Assembly: GCA_964016885.1 (NCBI GenBank)
Contig: OZ024745.1
Span: forward strand, 93,496,001 to 93,560,000
DNA from: Eledone cirrhosa
Taxonomy: Eukaryota
Direction of reading: 5' to 3'
DNA length: 64,000 nt
The position numbers were made by a program, and so were the translations under genes. The notes under the pieces were generated by a model that was not told where the DNA came from, searched no databases, and saw only the letters and a program-made list of their open reading frames with translations. Every line of letters begins with the position of its first letter. The first letter of the stretch is position 1. This document shows positions 1 through 11,500 of this stretch, piece by piece.

Positions 1-757
1 AAAATTTAAAAATAGCCAGACATATTCGAGGCGTAGAAAACCCTATGTTTTAATGTATTAGTATTTATAAAACTTACACTATATTGTAAATATCAGTATT
101 CCTGAATGAAACAAGTATTCATAATGCGTGAAAATTCATTATCTTATGTTTAGTTTTTTAAAAAATTCATATGTCTATGTGAATCCAACTGATTCACTCC
201 GCAAATTCAAAGTTACCGGAAAACATTCTCAATGTGGTATAAACATTTGAGCGTATTATTATTCTTGCGATTACTCTACAAGATTATCTATCAAGCAGAA
301 ATAGAGAGCAGATTTCAATATACTAATCGAAAATATATATTATATTATAAGCAGAGATAACAATAATAATGATAATAAGTAAAAATATATAAAAATATAA
401 AAATATAGAATAGAAAACTAAAAAAGAATATTACGAAAGAATATTACATAATAAAAATATTGCATATTAAAAATACTATGTTTTAAAATTATTACGTATT
501 AAAACTTTACATATAAAAATATTAAAAATAAAAATAAAATAAAATAAAAAATAAAAAATAAAAATATAAAAATATTATAGAATACTACAATACTAAAAGA
601 ATAAAAATAAAAATAAAAATAAAAATAAAAATAAAAATAAAAATAAAAAATAAACCACAAAGAACAACCCTTCAAGGTTAATTGACAATATATTGCCAAG
701 TTCACTACAAGACAAAGCCAAAAATTATCTATCAAATCACATCTAGCAAGGAATATC

Positions 758-795
<38 letters not shown>

Positions 796-2325
796 ATTGA
801 CATAACTATGGGATCTTCCGACTCAGCTCAAGTAACTGACCTTGTGGGCTTATTTTTAATCAATTCGCTACATAGGAAAATACCTGGTACTACCGGAGGT
901 TTATATAGGGATGACATGCTTTTACTCATTAATAATAATAACCCTGAACTAAATAGAAAATGTAAACAAATTACAAAATTTTTTAATTACTTTAACCTTA
1001 AAATAGAAATTGAGAACAACCATAGAATAGTCAATTTCCTAGATATAACATTAAATCTCAACACATGTCTCCACTATCCTTTTCACAAGTTGAATGAAAA
1101 CTTAAACTATGTCAACTTTAACTCTAACCACCCCAGATCTGTCAAAAACACTATAGTAAACTCAGTCCAAAAGCGTATCTCTAGGATCTCGTCGAATAGA
1201 AAGATTTTTGACGAAAAGGCCCAATACTATAATGATGCACTAGCTAGGGCAGGGTATGCTGATAAGATTGTGTACATAGATAATGATAAACAAACTAAAC
1301 AAAGTAACAACTTTTTTAATTATGGCAACAACATTAACAACTATAATAGAAACCATTACAATAATTCCAAAGGACAAAAAAGAAATAGAACTAGGAACAT
1401 AATTTGGTTTGCCCCCCCTTTCTCACTAAACATTAAAACCCACATCGCTAAATTATTTTTCAAAGCTCTTGATAATCGCTTCCCTAGAACACATAGGTAC
1501 CACTCAATCTTCAATAGGCATACAATTAAATTAACCTATTCATCCACCAAAAATTTAGCACAAAATATTAATAGAATAAATAATAGGAACTTAAAAACTA
1601 CTGATAATAGCATAAATAATATACAAGTTAACAAATGCAACTGTAGAGATAGATCTAAATGTCCGTTAAATAACAACTGCTTAGTTAAAAATATAGTATA
1701 CAATTGTAATGTTAATACTGACTCTAATTCTTTTAACTACGTCGGTTCCACATCGACGGAATTTAAACTTCGCTATAATAACCACAAGAATTCTTTCACA
1801 GATCCAAATAAAAAATCTTCAACGGCACTATCAGGTGTACTCTGGCAACTTAAGCTAGATAACGTTAGATATTCGACGGCTTGGAATATAGTCTCAAGAG
1901 GGATTCCTTTTAATTCATCCTCTGAGACATGTGACCTCTGCGCAGAGGAGATATTCTTTATACTAAAATCTAAAAATTCCCTTAACCTACGGACAAATTT
2001 ATTCAGTTGTTGCAAACATAGATTAAACTCAACGTTTAAATATAAATTTAAATTTAAAATGTAGTATATTTAGTTTGATTTATATTTATATGAGAACTAG
2101 CCGATAAATCTTTTGATTCCTAAATCTTTGATTCCCTCTTTTTACTGTTTATTTTATTGTATTTATTTTTATTTTTATTTTTATTTTTATTTTTATCTAA
2201 ACATTCCTCATGAAAAATTAAGCTACCCTAAAAGCCGATGCTCCAAATTTTATGAATTAACCTTACACTTGATAAACTTATATATTAAATATAGGAACAT
2301 ATGTAGACATTATTGGACATCATAA

Positions 2326-2366
<41 letters not shown>

Positions 2367-3129
2367 GATATTCCTTGCTAGATGTGATTTGATAGATAAT
2401 TTTTGGCTTTGTCTTGTAGTGAACTTGGCAATATATTGTCAATTAACCTTGAAGGGTTGTTCTTTGTGGTTTATTTTTTATTTTTATTTTTATTTTTATT
2501 TTTATTTTTATTTTTATTTTTATTTTTATTCTTTTAGTATTGTAGTATTCTATAATATTTTTATATTTTTATTTTTTATTTTTTATTTTATTTTATTTTT
2601 ATTTTTAATATTTTTATATGTAAAGTTTTAATACGTAATAATTTTAAAACATAGTATTTTTAATATGCAATATTTTTATTATGTAATATTCTTTCGTAAT
2701 ATTCTTTTTTAGTTTTCTATTCTATATTTTTATATTTTTATATATTTTTACTTATTATCATTATTATTGTTATCTCTGCTTATAATATAATATATATTTT
2801 CGATTAGTATATTGAAATCTGCTCTCTATTTCTGCTTGATAGATAATCTTGTAGAGTAATCGCAAGAATAATAATACGCTCAAATGTTTATACCACATTG
2901 AGAATGTTTTCCGGTAACTTTGAATTTGCGGAGTGAATCAGTTGGATTCACATAGACATATGAATTTTTTAAAAAACTAAACATAAGATAATGAATTTTC
3001 ACGCATTGTGAATACTTGTTTCATTCAGGAATACTGATATTTACAATATAGTGTAAGTTTTATAAATACTAATACATTAAAACATAGGGTTTTCTACGCC
3101 TCGAATATGTCTGGCTATTTTTAAATTTT
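1..3129 (+). mobile_element. 5'-truncated Penelope-like element (Naiad-type) with a long inverted copy of its 3' region at the 5' side
   Basis: 1-793 is the reverse complement of 2328-3129, near-identical apart from a SNP and microsatellite/homopolymer length differences. It brackets an RT + GIY-YIG coding region. The left arm may continue outside the window. Confidence 0.9.
794..2064 (+). CDS. Penelope-like RT (C-terminal half) + GIY-YIG endonuclease; open frame but 5'-truncated
   Basis: Motifs DITMGSSDSAQVTDLVG, LYRDD, VNFLDITL, SNHP, RNIIWFAPPFS, CNCRDRSKCPLNNNC, IVYNC...YVGST...FKLRYNNHK, CDLCAEE and CCKH. The ORF-track N-terminus (682-793, poly-K) is read from the inverted arm and poly-A, not from real coding sequence. 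Confidence 0.88.
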
Positions 3130-3185
3130 TCTCTCTCTATATCTCTCTATATCTCTCTATATCTCCCTTACATTAATACTTGAGC

Positions 3186-3220
<35 letters not shown>

Positions 3221-3590
3221 ATGCATCATTGATACACTTACTCAAAATGACCTCCCACTACCTAATTTTTCTATATCTATATTTATATATGTATCTATCT
3301 CTATTTCCTCTCTCTATATATATATATATATCTCTTTCGGTCTCTTTACATGAAGCTCTTCGCTTTATCTATTTTTCCATCTCTCTATTTTGTCCCATGC
3401 ATTTCTTCTTTTTCTTCTTTTTCTTCCTTTTCTTCGTTTCGTCTTTCTTTCTTTCTTATTTCCCTCTTTTTTTCTCTCTCTCTTTCTTTCTTTCTCTCTG
3501 TATTTTCACTGCTAGAGTGAACCTCTTCAAATGAAGTTGATGTTTATTACGGTATGTCGAATATATTTATCTATAAAACTGTTTATATTG

Positions 3591-3656
3591 TATTTTGTCT
3601 GATGAAGGCATAGCATATTGTTAATATGATATCCCCGAAATATATATAATGAAATA
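3591..3656 (+). ncRNA. Type I hammerhead ribozyme
   Basis: Stem I tattttgt/atgaaata (2 GU pairs); CTGATGA 3599-3605; stem II with catatt/aatatg; GAAA 3637-3640; palindromic TATATA stem III; UA cleavage motif. Confidence 0.75.
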
Positions 3657-3820
3657 AATATGGTTTTATAAATATAGTTTTCCATTTATTTAATATTGTA
3701 AATATACTCCAAGTATTTGTCGAGTGCTTTTATATCAGTTATAAATATTTACTAGTTGTAACCCAACAATTTTAAATATAACTTTACATGTATGTATATA
3801 TATATATATGTATATGTATG

Positions 3821-3851
<31 letters not shown>

Positions 3852-3890
3852 GTATATATATATATATGTGTGTGTGTAAATATATGTATA

Positions 3891-4488
3891 AAGGTGCAGA
3901 GCACTAGAAGTCGATGGAAACCGCGGAGTGGGGAGACCCAAGATGACCTGGGATGAGGTGATAAAAGCCGACCTTATTCAATTACACCTCTCAAAGGCGA
4001 TGACACACGACCGTGACCTCTGGCGTCACGCAGTAATATAGAGTACCCGACCTCCCATGGGTACAAGCTGAAGCATATAGACAATATGCCCCCACACCTC
4101 CCACCGCAAGGTGGTCGTGGAGGTGCCACGGCAAAAAAGCACCCAACCCACACTGTAAAGTGGATTAATACAGAGTACCCGACCTCCCATGGGTACAAGC
4201 TGAAGCATATAGACAATATGCCCCCACACCCCCCACCGCAAGGTGGTCGTGGAGGTGCCACGGCAAAAAAACACCCAGCCCACACTGTAAAGTGGACGTG
4301 TAGGTGCCACGAAATAGCACCCAGCACTCACTGTAAATGAGGGCATCCAGCTGTAGAAATCAAGCCAAATCAGTTCCTGTATGAGCAAGGCAGGGTCAGC
4401 CGACCAGACACTGCCCACAACAGGACAACCCGTCTAACCCATGCTAGCGTGGAAGAACGGACGTAAAACGGTGATGATGATGATGATG
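3891..4488 (+). mobile_element. 3' fragment of RTE-clade LINE with internal ~132-bp tandem duplication and (GAT)n tail
   Basis: Translates [28 protein letters not shown], homologous to the RT C-termini at 41.5k and 51k. 4034-4165 is repeated at 4166-4296. Ends ggacgtaaaacggtgatgatgat. Confidence 0.8.
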
Positions 4489-4624
4489 TATATATATATA
4501 TGTATATATATATATGTAAATATATGTATGTATATATATATATATATGTAAATATATGTATGTATATATATATGTATGTATATATATCGATGTATATGTA
4601 TGTATATGTATGTATATATATCGA

Positions 4625-5100
4625 TGTCAGGTCACCAGTTGGTGCTACTGGTAACATGTATTCCAGTACAACCTGTCTCATGGTCGGGTCGTTGGCGACT
4701 AAACTGGCAACCCCACCAAGGTTTCTTGGTGAGGAGGGTGACTTTGGACATCCTGCAGGACGAAAAACAAAACCTGTCAAAGGGCAAGGGAGCTCTTAAG
4801 AGTCAATGGCCACCCAAAATCACCGGGAGAGATGACCCCTTAGCCTTTGTCAAGGCAGAATTCTAGGAGAAGGAAAACTCTGATATAACACCTGCAACTC
4901 TGATGGTATCCAATGATGTTGACTTGTTTTTCTTTTTGTTAAATATCATCTTGGTTAAGAGAGTGGGACTGGCTTTGTGCAGTACCTTTGCTCACTATAA
5001 AAGCTTCACGGCACAGGCATTGCTTTATATCTGGAGATCTCCCTGCACTTGTCGTCACATGGTGCCATGGGCCCAGCACTATGTGTCAATAATTGTCACA
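4625..5100 (+). mobile_element. Probable RTE-type LINE 5'-UTR fragment
   Basis: GC-richer island between TA microsatellites. The motif ctaggagaaggaaaactctgat resembles RTE 5' UTRs (recognition from memory, not a search). Contains a partial HDV-like fold. Confidence 0.45.
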
Positions 5101-5295
5101 AGTGTAGTGTTTGTACCAGAGTTTTCAATTCGCTGGCTGGACTAAAAAGTCCCACTCATTCAGCGCATTGGAAGGAGTTCTCCTATATGGATATAAAGTA
5201 GTGGCCGTACTCGAAAACGAGTTGGCAGCCACCATATATATATATATATAAAAATATGTATGTATACATGTATATATATGTAGTATATATATGTA

Positions 5296-5333
<38 letters not shown>

Positions 5334-5394
5334 GTATACATTGTTTCATTCAATTTGTATGTTAAATCTAAACTTGTTACGCTCAGAAGATAAC

Positions 5395-5696
5395 GGATAT
5401 TGTTGTCTGATAAAAGAAAATAAACAAAAATTTGAGAAACTTGTTGAAACTTTATAAAGCTGATGAAATGGGACAAAAATCACTATGTAATGGAGTTGTG
5501 AAACAAAAACTATTCTCTATATGTTTTAGATATTACAATATTAAAACTTCATAAAAATATTCTCCACCCATGAGAATTTACAAAATGTGATGTTTAGCTG
5601 CCTCGACACAGGGTTTCAATTTTTGCCCATTTCTCAGACATAAAATAAGGGGTTTGGTTTATATTTGGATCAGTTTATACATGAGTATATATGGTG
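5395..5696. mobile_element. Non-autonomous Tc1/mariner-pogo-like DNA transposon relic; related copies at ~25530-25836 and, inverted, ~61560-61810
   Basis: Shared blocks tttgagaaacttgt, taatggagttgtgaaacaaaaacta, catgagaattt and atttctcaga. The end ttatacatgagtatatatggt / gcttatattcgagtaaatac resembles CCGTATATACTCGAGTATAAG-type TIRs. Confidence 0.55.
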
Positions 5697-6534
5697 CTCT
5701 GACTTAATAAGGGGAGTCTATTTGGGTTTGGGCATGAGAGGGAGCATCAACAGGTCATAGCTAGATCTAATTATATAAAAGCAAAAGCAGCAAAAGGGAC
5801 CTTATTGAGGCAGAGATAAATGAAAAGTGGCTAATTAGAAGCATAATGAAGACTAACAGTAGAAGACACAATGGATATATAACTTGACTGTAGACAATGC
5901 AGTTGCAGTATGTTGGTGAATAAAGATCTGTTTTTGACATATATATTTATCACTTCAGCAAAGTATAAGTTACTCTTGATGTTACATAACCATGATTTTA
6001 CCTATCGTTTTTACGGCTCAGTTGAGATGTGTTTTAGTGTAGCAGTTTTACAATTTTCATTAAATTATTAGATCCTTATCTTACATTTCTTTTAATTTGT
6101 CTTTTACTAGTCATTTGTCTTTTACTTTCTTTGTAGCATTTATTGAACATTTTGATCACATTTGCTGTGAAATTTTATTTTTTATTGTTATTTACACAAA
6201 TAATCAAGCTAATGCTTTGACAATTTTTGAAAGTATGGTAGGAAAATTAACAGGGTTAATGTTTAGTTTGAATATTTGAAAGTTGGATATTAAGGAAGAT
6301 GGCTTTAGAAAACTATTCTGTGTAAAGTACAGAGCATATAATATGGTAGCTTAGGGAACTAGCGGCAGTGAGCTATCAGTAGAATATGAATGAATACAAC
6401 TTGAGAAGAGTATTGGAGAGTTAAAGTTTTACAGGTATTTTTTAAGTGTCACATATTTGTACTGGTATTTATGTAATGTATAACAAATCATTAATTTCTT
6501 GTAAGAAAATATAATCCTTTGTATTATTTTGCAG

Positions 6535-6567
6535 GAAGGATTTATTCGTTTTAAATACAAATTTTCG
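6535..6567 (+). CDS. Candidate cadherin-gene exon (EGFIRFKYKFS)
   Basis: ttttgcAG acceptor and GTAAGC donor. 33 nt, phase 0-0, in frame with the 26411 exon. The peptide fits a beta-strand preceding the DxNDN strand but has no diagnostic motif itself. Confidence 0.55.
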
Positions 6568-7305
6568 GTAAGCATATATACTTTTCATATTGAACTTTTC
6601 AAGTATCCAAGTCAACACATAAATTGAAAGTTAAATTAGGTCTTATATTTAACTCTGAATGTCTTGATAAATTGTATATATTCCAAGAGTTTGTGATCTT
6701 AACTGAATGAAACTCAACTAAGAAAAACATCTATTTTTTCTGGCCTACATTGTCAACCTAAATTGTTAAGCTTAAAGTTAATTTGAAGAACATTAAGTTT
6801 ATATTTTTTTAAACAGAATTAATTCTTATGCTCTATGGTATATTATATGATTTTTGTTTCATACTTTTGTTTTATGGAGACAGCATAGGATACAGAGAAC
6901 TCTTGAGTCTTTCCACAGAGATGACAAACTCTCTAATGTTGGCACCATGATTAAATATGTGCAGTACATTCTGTAAAGTGGTTGGCAATAAGGAGGGCAT
7001 TCAGCCTTAGAAAACATATAGAGAAAAATAGAATGTATGAACAAAATATGGTTTCTGACTTGTCTGGGAGAGAGGACAGTAACTCTGAATAAAAACTGAC
7101 TCAATCTGTGATGAAAAAATCCAATGCATGACAGCATGGAAAAACAAATGTAAAAGGATGATGAGGATGATTGGCCGTCAAATCTATACAGATAATTATT
7201 TCATGATATTTATATCGATTCTATTCAACCTGATTAGAAAACATTTGTAGTTTTAACTATATAAGAAGCTACTTGAAACTCAAATTGTGTCAAAATCATG
7301 TTACT

Positions 7306-7506
7306 TTAATCCTTTAGCATTTAAACCAGCCATATCTGGTCTGAATTCTCTCACCTCTAGCCACTCATTATGTTAAGGTGTTATTTTCAAAATAAATAAT
7401 ATCAAAATCTCGTAAATTCGATATTAAGTGAGATAATTATGAGATAAAACCTTTACCATGAAAATACAATAGTATATATATAATAATGTAAATGCTAAAG
7501 GGTTAA
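7306..7506. mobile_element. piggyBac-type MITE (TTAA-flanked, TIR CCCTTTAGCATTTA), copy 1
   Basis: ttaa-tcctttagcattta ... taaatgctaaaggg-ttaa; internal sequence shared with three other copies. Confidence 0.8.
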
Positions 7507-7579
7507 ATGTCAAACCCAAAAGCTCTTTTAAAAGGTTTTAACCCCAAAATCACTTTAGAATAATATTTATTATTATTAT

Positions 7580-8561
7580 TACAAATCTGCCCCCTCCCCA
7601 GCTCTAAAAGAGGGTACATCTTCAACAAAAAGGCTCACATATGCAGTGACGCTGCTAATAGAGCCACCCATATCAGATGATTCCAAAAAGTACTAGAGAT
7701 TAATGGCTACCCAGCATCCTTCTTCACCCCACAACAAAACCCCAAACCCAGAGACTGAACCAACACACACAACAGTTGCTTCTTCAAGATCCCACATCTC
7801 AGTGAGGAAACCAACAATGCCATATGCAAAGCCATCAGAAGAGAGGGCCTCAATATCAAACTAGTTCACTCTGGACCTTCCCTGCAAAGATGCCTCTCCA
7901 CCAGACAACCACCCAACAAGGATAATGGAGGCACCCTAACCAATTTCCCTATCCGCAACACTAATTGTTGCCTATGTACCTATGTAGTATACAGGCTAGA
8001 ATATAACAAGTACAATCTAATCTACATAGGTAGCACCATTACATCTCCGTATTAAAGAGCATGTTAACACCAAATCCTCTTCCTTCCGCAAACACACCAT
8101 CAAATACGGAAACCAGGACAACAACATTACCACCATAGTCTTAGCTACTGAATGCAGTATAGGTACACTGACAATTAAGGAAGCTCTCTTAATCAAGCAA
8201 TTAAAACCTAGGATCAATAATCGAATGGAAAGAAGTCCACCAGAATGGCTAATTTAAAAGCCTGCATTCCAACATCCCAGCGGCCAGTTTTAGTCTTTCT
8301 TTCAAATTAAATCTATGCCTTCACTAGGCAAACGCACTTAGACTCACGCATACATATATCACATACATATTTTTCCTTTTTTATTATATACATATTCGCA
8401 TATGCCTTTCACTACATAAACTGACATTCATGCACACACATACAAACATCCCACTATTCACACTTACATTCACGCACACACATGCATATATCACACTTTT
8501 CCCCACACATTTCACAACTCGTACATTCAAAATTTTAACATCTTTTCATTTCATTTAACTT
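7580..8561 (+). mobile_element. Degenerate Penelope-like element 3' part (GIY-YIG endonuclease + 3' UTR)
   Basis: About 7980-8237 reads YVVYRLEYNKYNLIYIGST / (frameshift) HLRIKEHVNTKSSSFRKH...LTIKEALLIKQLKPRINNRME. This is the VY...YIG, R-EH and EAL.I...P.IN signature of PLE GIY-YIG. Confidence 0.75.
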
Positions 8562-11500
8562 AAATCTACCTTCCAAGCAAGTCAAATCTACCTTCCAAGC
8601 AAGTCGAATCTGCCTTCCAAGCAAGTCAAATCTGCATTCCAAGCAAGTCAAATCTGCCTTCCAAGCAAGTCAAATCTACCTTCCAAGCAAGTCAAATCTA
8701 CCTTCCAAGCAAGTCAAATCTACCTTCCAAGCAAGTCAAATCTACCTTCCAAGCAAGTCAAATCTGCCTTCCAAGCAAGTCAAATCTGCCTTCCAAGCAA
8801 GTCGAATCTGCTTTCCAAGCAAGTCGAATCTGCTTTCCAAGCAAGTCGAATCTGCTTTCCAAGCAAGTCGAATCTGCTTTCCAAGCAAGTCGAATCTGCC
8901 TTCCAAGCAAGTCGAATCTGCCTTCCAAGCAAGTCGAATCTGCCTCCCAAGCAAGCCGAATCTACCTTCCAAGCAAGCCGAATCTACCTTCCAAGCAAGC
9001 CAGATCTGCCATCCAAGCAAGCCAAATCTACCTTCCAAGCAAGCCAATTCTACCTTCCAAGCAAGTCAAATCTACCTTCCAAAGCAAGTCAAATCTACCT
9101 TCCAAAGCAAGTCAAATCTACCTTCCAAAGCAAGTCAAATCTACCTTCCAAAGCAAGTCAAATCTACCTTCCAAAGCAAGTCAAAGCTACCTTCCAAAGC
9201 AAGTCAAATCTACCTTCCAAAGCAAGTCAAATCTACCTTCCAAAGCAAGTCAAATCTACCTTCCAAAGCAAGTCAAATCTACCTTCCAAAGCAAGTCAAA
9301 TCTACCTTCCAAAGCAAGTCAAATCTACCTTCCAAAGCAAGTCAAATCTACCTTCCAAAGCAAGTCAAATCTACCTTCCAAAGCAAGTCAAATCTACCTT
9401 CCAAAGCAAGTCAAATCTACCTTCCAAAGCAAGTCAAATCTACCTTCCAAAGCAAGTCAAATCTACCTTCCAAAGCAAGTCAAATCTACCTTCCAAAGCA
9501 AGTCAAATCTACCTTCCAAAGCAAGTCAAATCTACCTTCCAAAGCAAGTCAAATCTACCTTCCAAAGCAAGTCAAATCTACCTTCCAAAGCAAGTCAAAT
9601 CTACCTTCCAAAGCAAGTCAAATCTACCTTCCAAAGCAAGTCAAATCTACCTTCCAAAGCAAGTCAAATCTACCTTCCAAAGCAAGTCAAATCTACCTTC
9701 CAAAGCAAGTCAAATCTAACTTCCAAAGCAAGTCAAATCTACCTTCCAAAGCAAGTCAAATCTACCTTCCAAAGCAAGTCAAATCTACCTTCCAAAGCAA
9801 GTCAAATCTGCCTTCCAAAGCAAGTCAAATCTACCTTCCAAAGCAAGTCAAATCTGCCTTCCAAAGCAAGTCAAATCTGCCTTCCAAAGCAAGTCAAATC
9901 TGCCTTCCAAAGCAAGTCAAATCTGCCTTCCAAAGCAAGTCAAATCTGCCTTCCAAAGCAAGTCAAATCTGCCTTCCAAAGCAAGTCAAATCTGCCTTCC
10001 AAAGCAAGTCAAATCTGCCTTCCAAAGCAAGTCAAATCTGCCTTCCAAAGCAAGTCAAATCTGCCTTCCAAAGCAAGTCAAATCTGCCTTGCAAAGCAAG
10101 TCAAATCTGCCTTGCAAAGCAAGTCAAATCTGCCTTGCAAAGCAAGTCAAATCTGCCTTGCAAAGCAAGTCAAATCTGCCTTGCAAAGCAAGTCAAATCT
10201 GCCTTGCAAAGCAAGTCAAATCTGCCTTGCAAAGCAAGTCAAATCTGCCTTGCAAAGCAAGTCAAATCTGCCTTGCAAAGCAAGTCAAATCTGCCTTGCA
10301 AAGCAAGTCAAATCTGCCTTGCAAAGCAAGTCAAATCTGCCTTGCAAAGCAAGTCAAATCTGCCTTGCAAAGCAAGTCAAATCTGCCTTGCAAAGCAAGT
10401 CAAATCTGCCTTCCAAAGCAAGTCAAATCTGCCTTCCAAAGCAAGTCAAATCTGCCTTGCAAAGCAAGTCAAATCTGCCTTCCAAAGCAAGTCAAATCTG
10501 CCTTCCAAAGCAAGTCAAATCTGCCTTCCAAAGCAAGTCAAATCTGCCTTCCAAAGCAAGTCAAATCTGCCTTCCAAAGCAAGTCAAATCTGCCTTCCAA
10601 AGCAAGTCAAATCTGCCTTCCAAAGCAAGTCAAATCTGCCTTCCAAAGCAAGTCAAATCTGCCTTCCAAAGCAAGACAAATCTGCCTTCCGAAGCAAGTC
10701 AAATCTGCCTTCCGAAGCAAGTCAAATCTGCCTTACGAAGCAAGTCAAATCTACCTTCCGAAGCAAGTCAAATCTACCTTCCGAAGCAAGTCAAATCTAC
10801 CTTCCGAAGCAAGTCAAATCTACGTTCCGAAGCAAGTCAAATCTACGTTCCGAAGCAAGTCAAATCTACCTTCCGAAGCAAGTCAAATCTACCTTCCGAA
10901 GCAAGTCAAATCTACCTTCCGAAGCAAGTCAAATCTACCTTCCGAAGCAAGTCAAATCTACCTTCCTAAGCAAGTCAAATCTACCTTCCAAAGCAAGTCA
11001 AATCTACCTTCCAAAGCAAGTCAAATCTACCTTCCAAAGCAAGTCAAATCTACCTTCCAAAGCAAGTCAAATCTACCTTCCAAAGCAAGTCAAATCTACC
11101 TTCCAAAGCAAGTCAAATCTACCTTCCAAAGCAAGTCAAATCTGCCTTCCAAAGCAAGTCAAATCTGCCTTCCAAAGCAAGTCAAATCTGCCTTCCAAAG
11201 CAAGTCAAATCTGCCTCCCAAAGCAAGTCAAATCTGCCTCCCAAAGCAAGTCAAATCTGCCTCCCAAAGCAAGTCAAATCTGCCTCCCAAAGCAAGTCAA
11301 ATCTGCCTCCCAAAGCAAGTCAAATCTGCCTTCCAAAGCAAGTCAAATCTGCCTTCCAAAGCAAGTCAAATCTGCCTTCCAAAGCAAGTCAAATCTGCCT
11401 TCCAAAGCAAGTCAAATCTGCCTTCCAAAGCAAGTCAAATCTGCCTTCCAAAGCAAGTCAAATCTGCCTTCCAAAGCAAGTCAAATCTGCCTTCCAAAGC

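Noticed and set aside
2890-3118. Possible long-range hammerhead (TTGAGAA ... GAAtatgTC) in the PLE arm
   Set aside because: GAAA is incomplete and stems I and II do not close properly.
794-3129. Selenoprotein-type Naiad element (UGA at Cys positions + SECIS)
   Set aside because: The Cys motifs I read use normal codons, the stops I checked in the 47k and 54k copies are TAG, and I found no convincing SECIS.
4671-4742. Twister ribozyme (acctgtctcatggtcggg ... gaggaggg)
   Set aside because: Superficial similarity to the L4 and GAGGG motifs, but no P1-UAA-P2 arrangement could be built.
6817-6837. Extra exon candidate after tttttttaaacAG
   Set aside because: In phase 0 the second codon is TAA, so it is incompatible with the neighbouring phase-0 exons.
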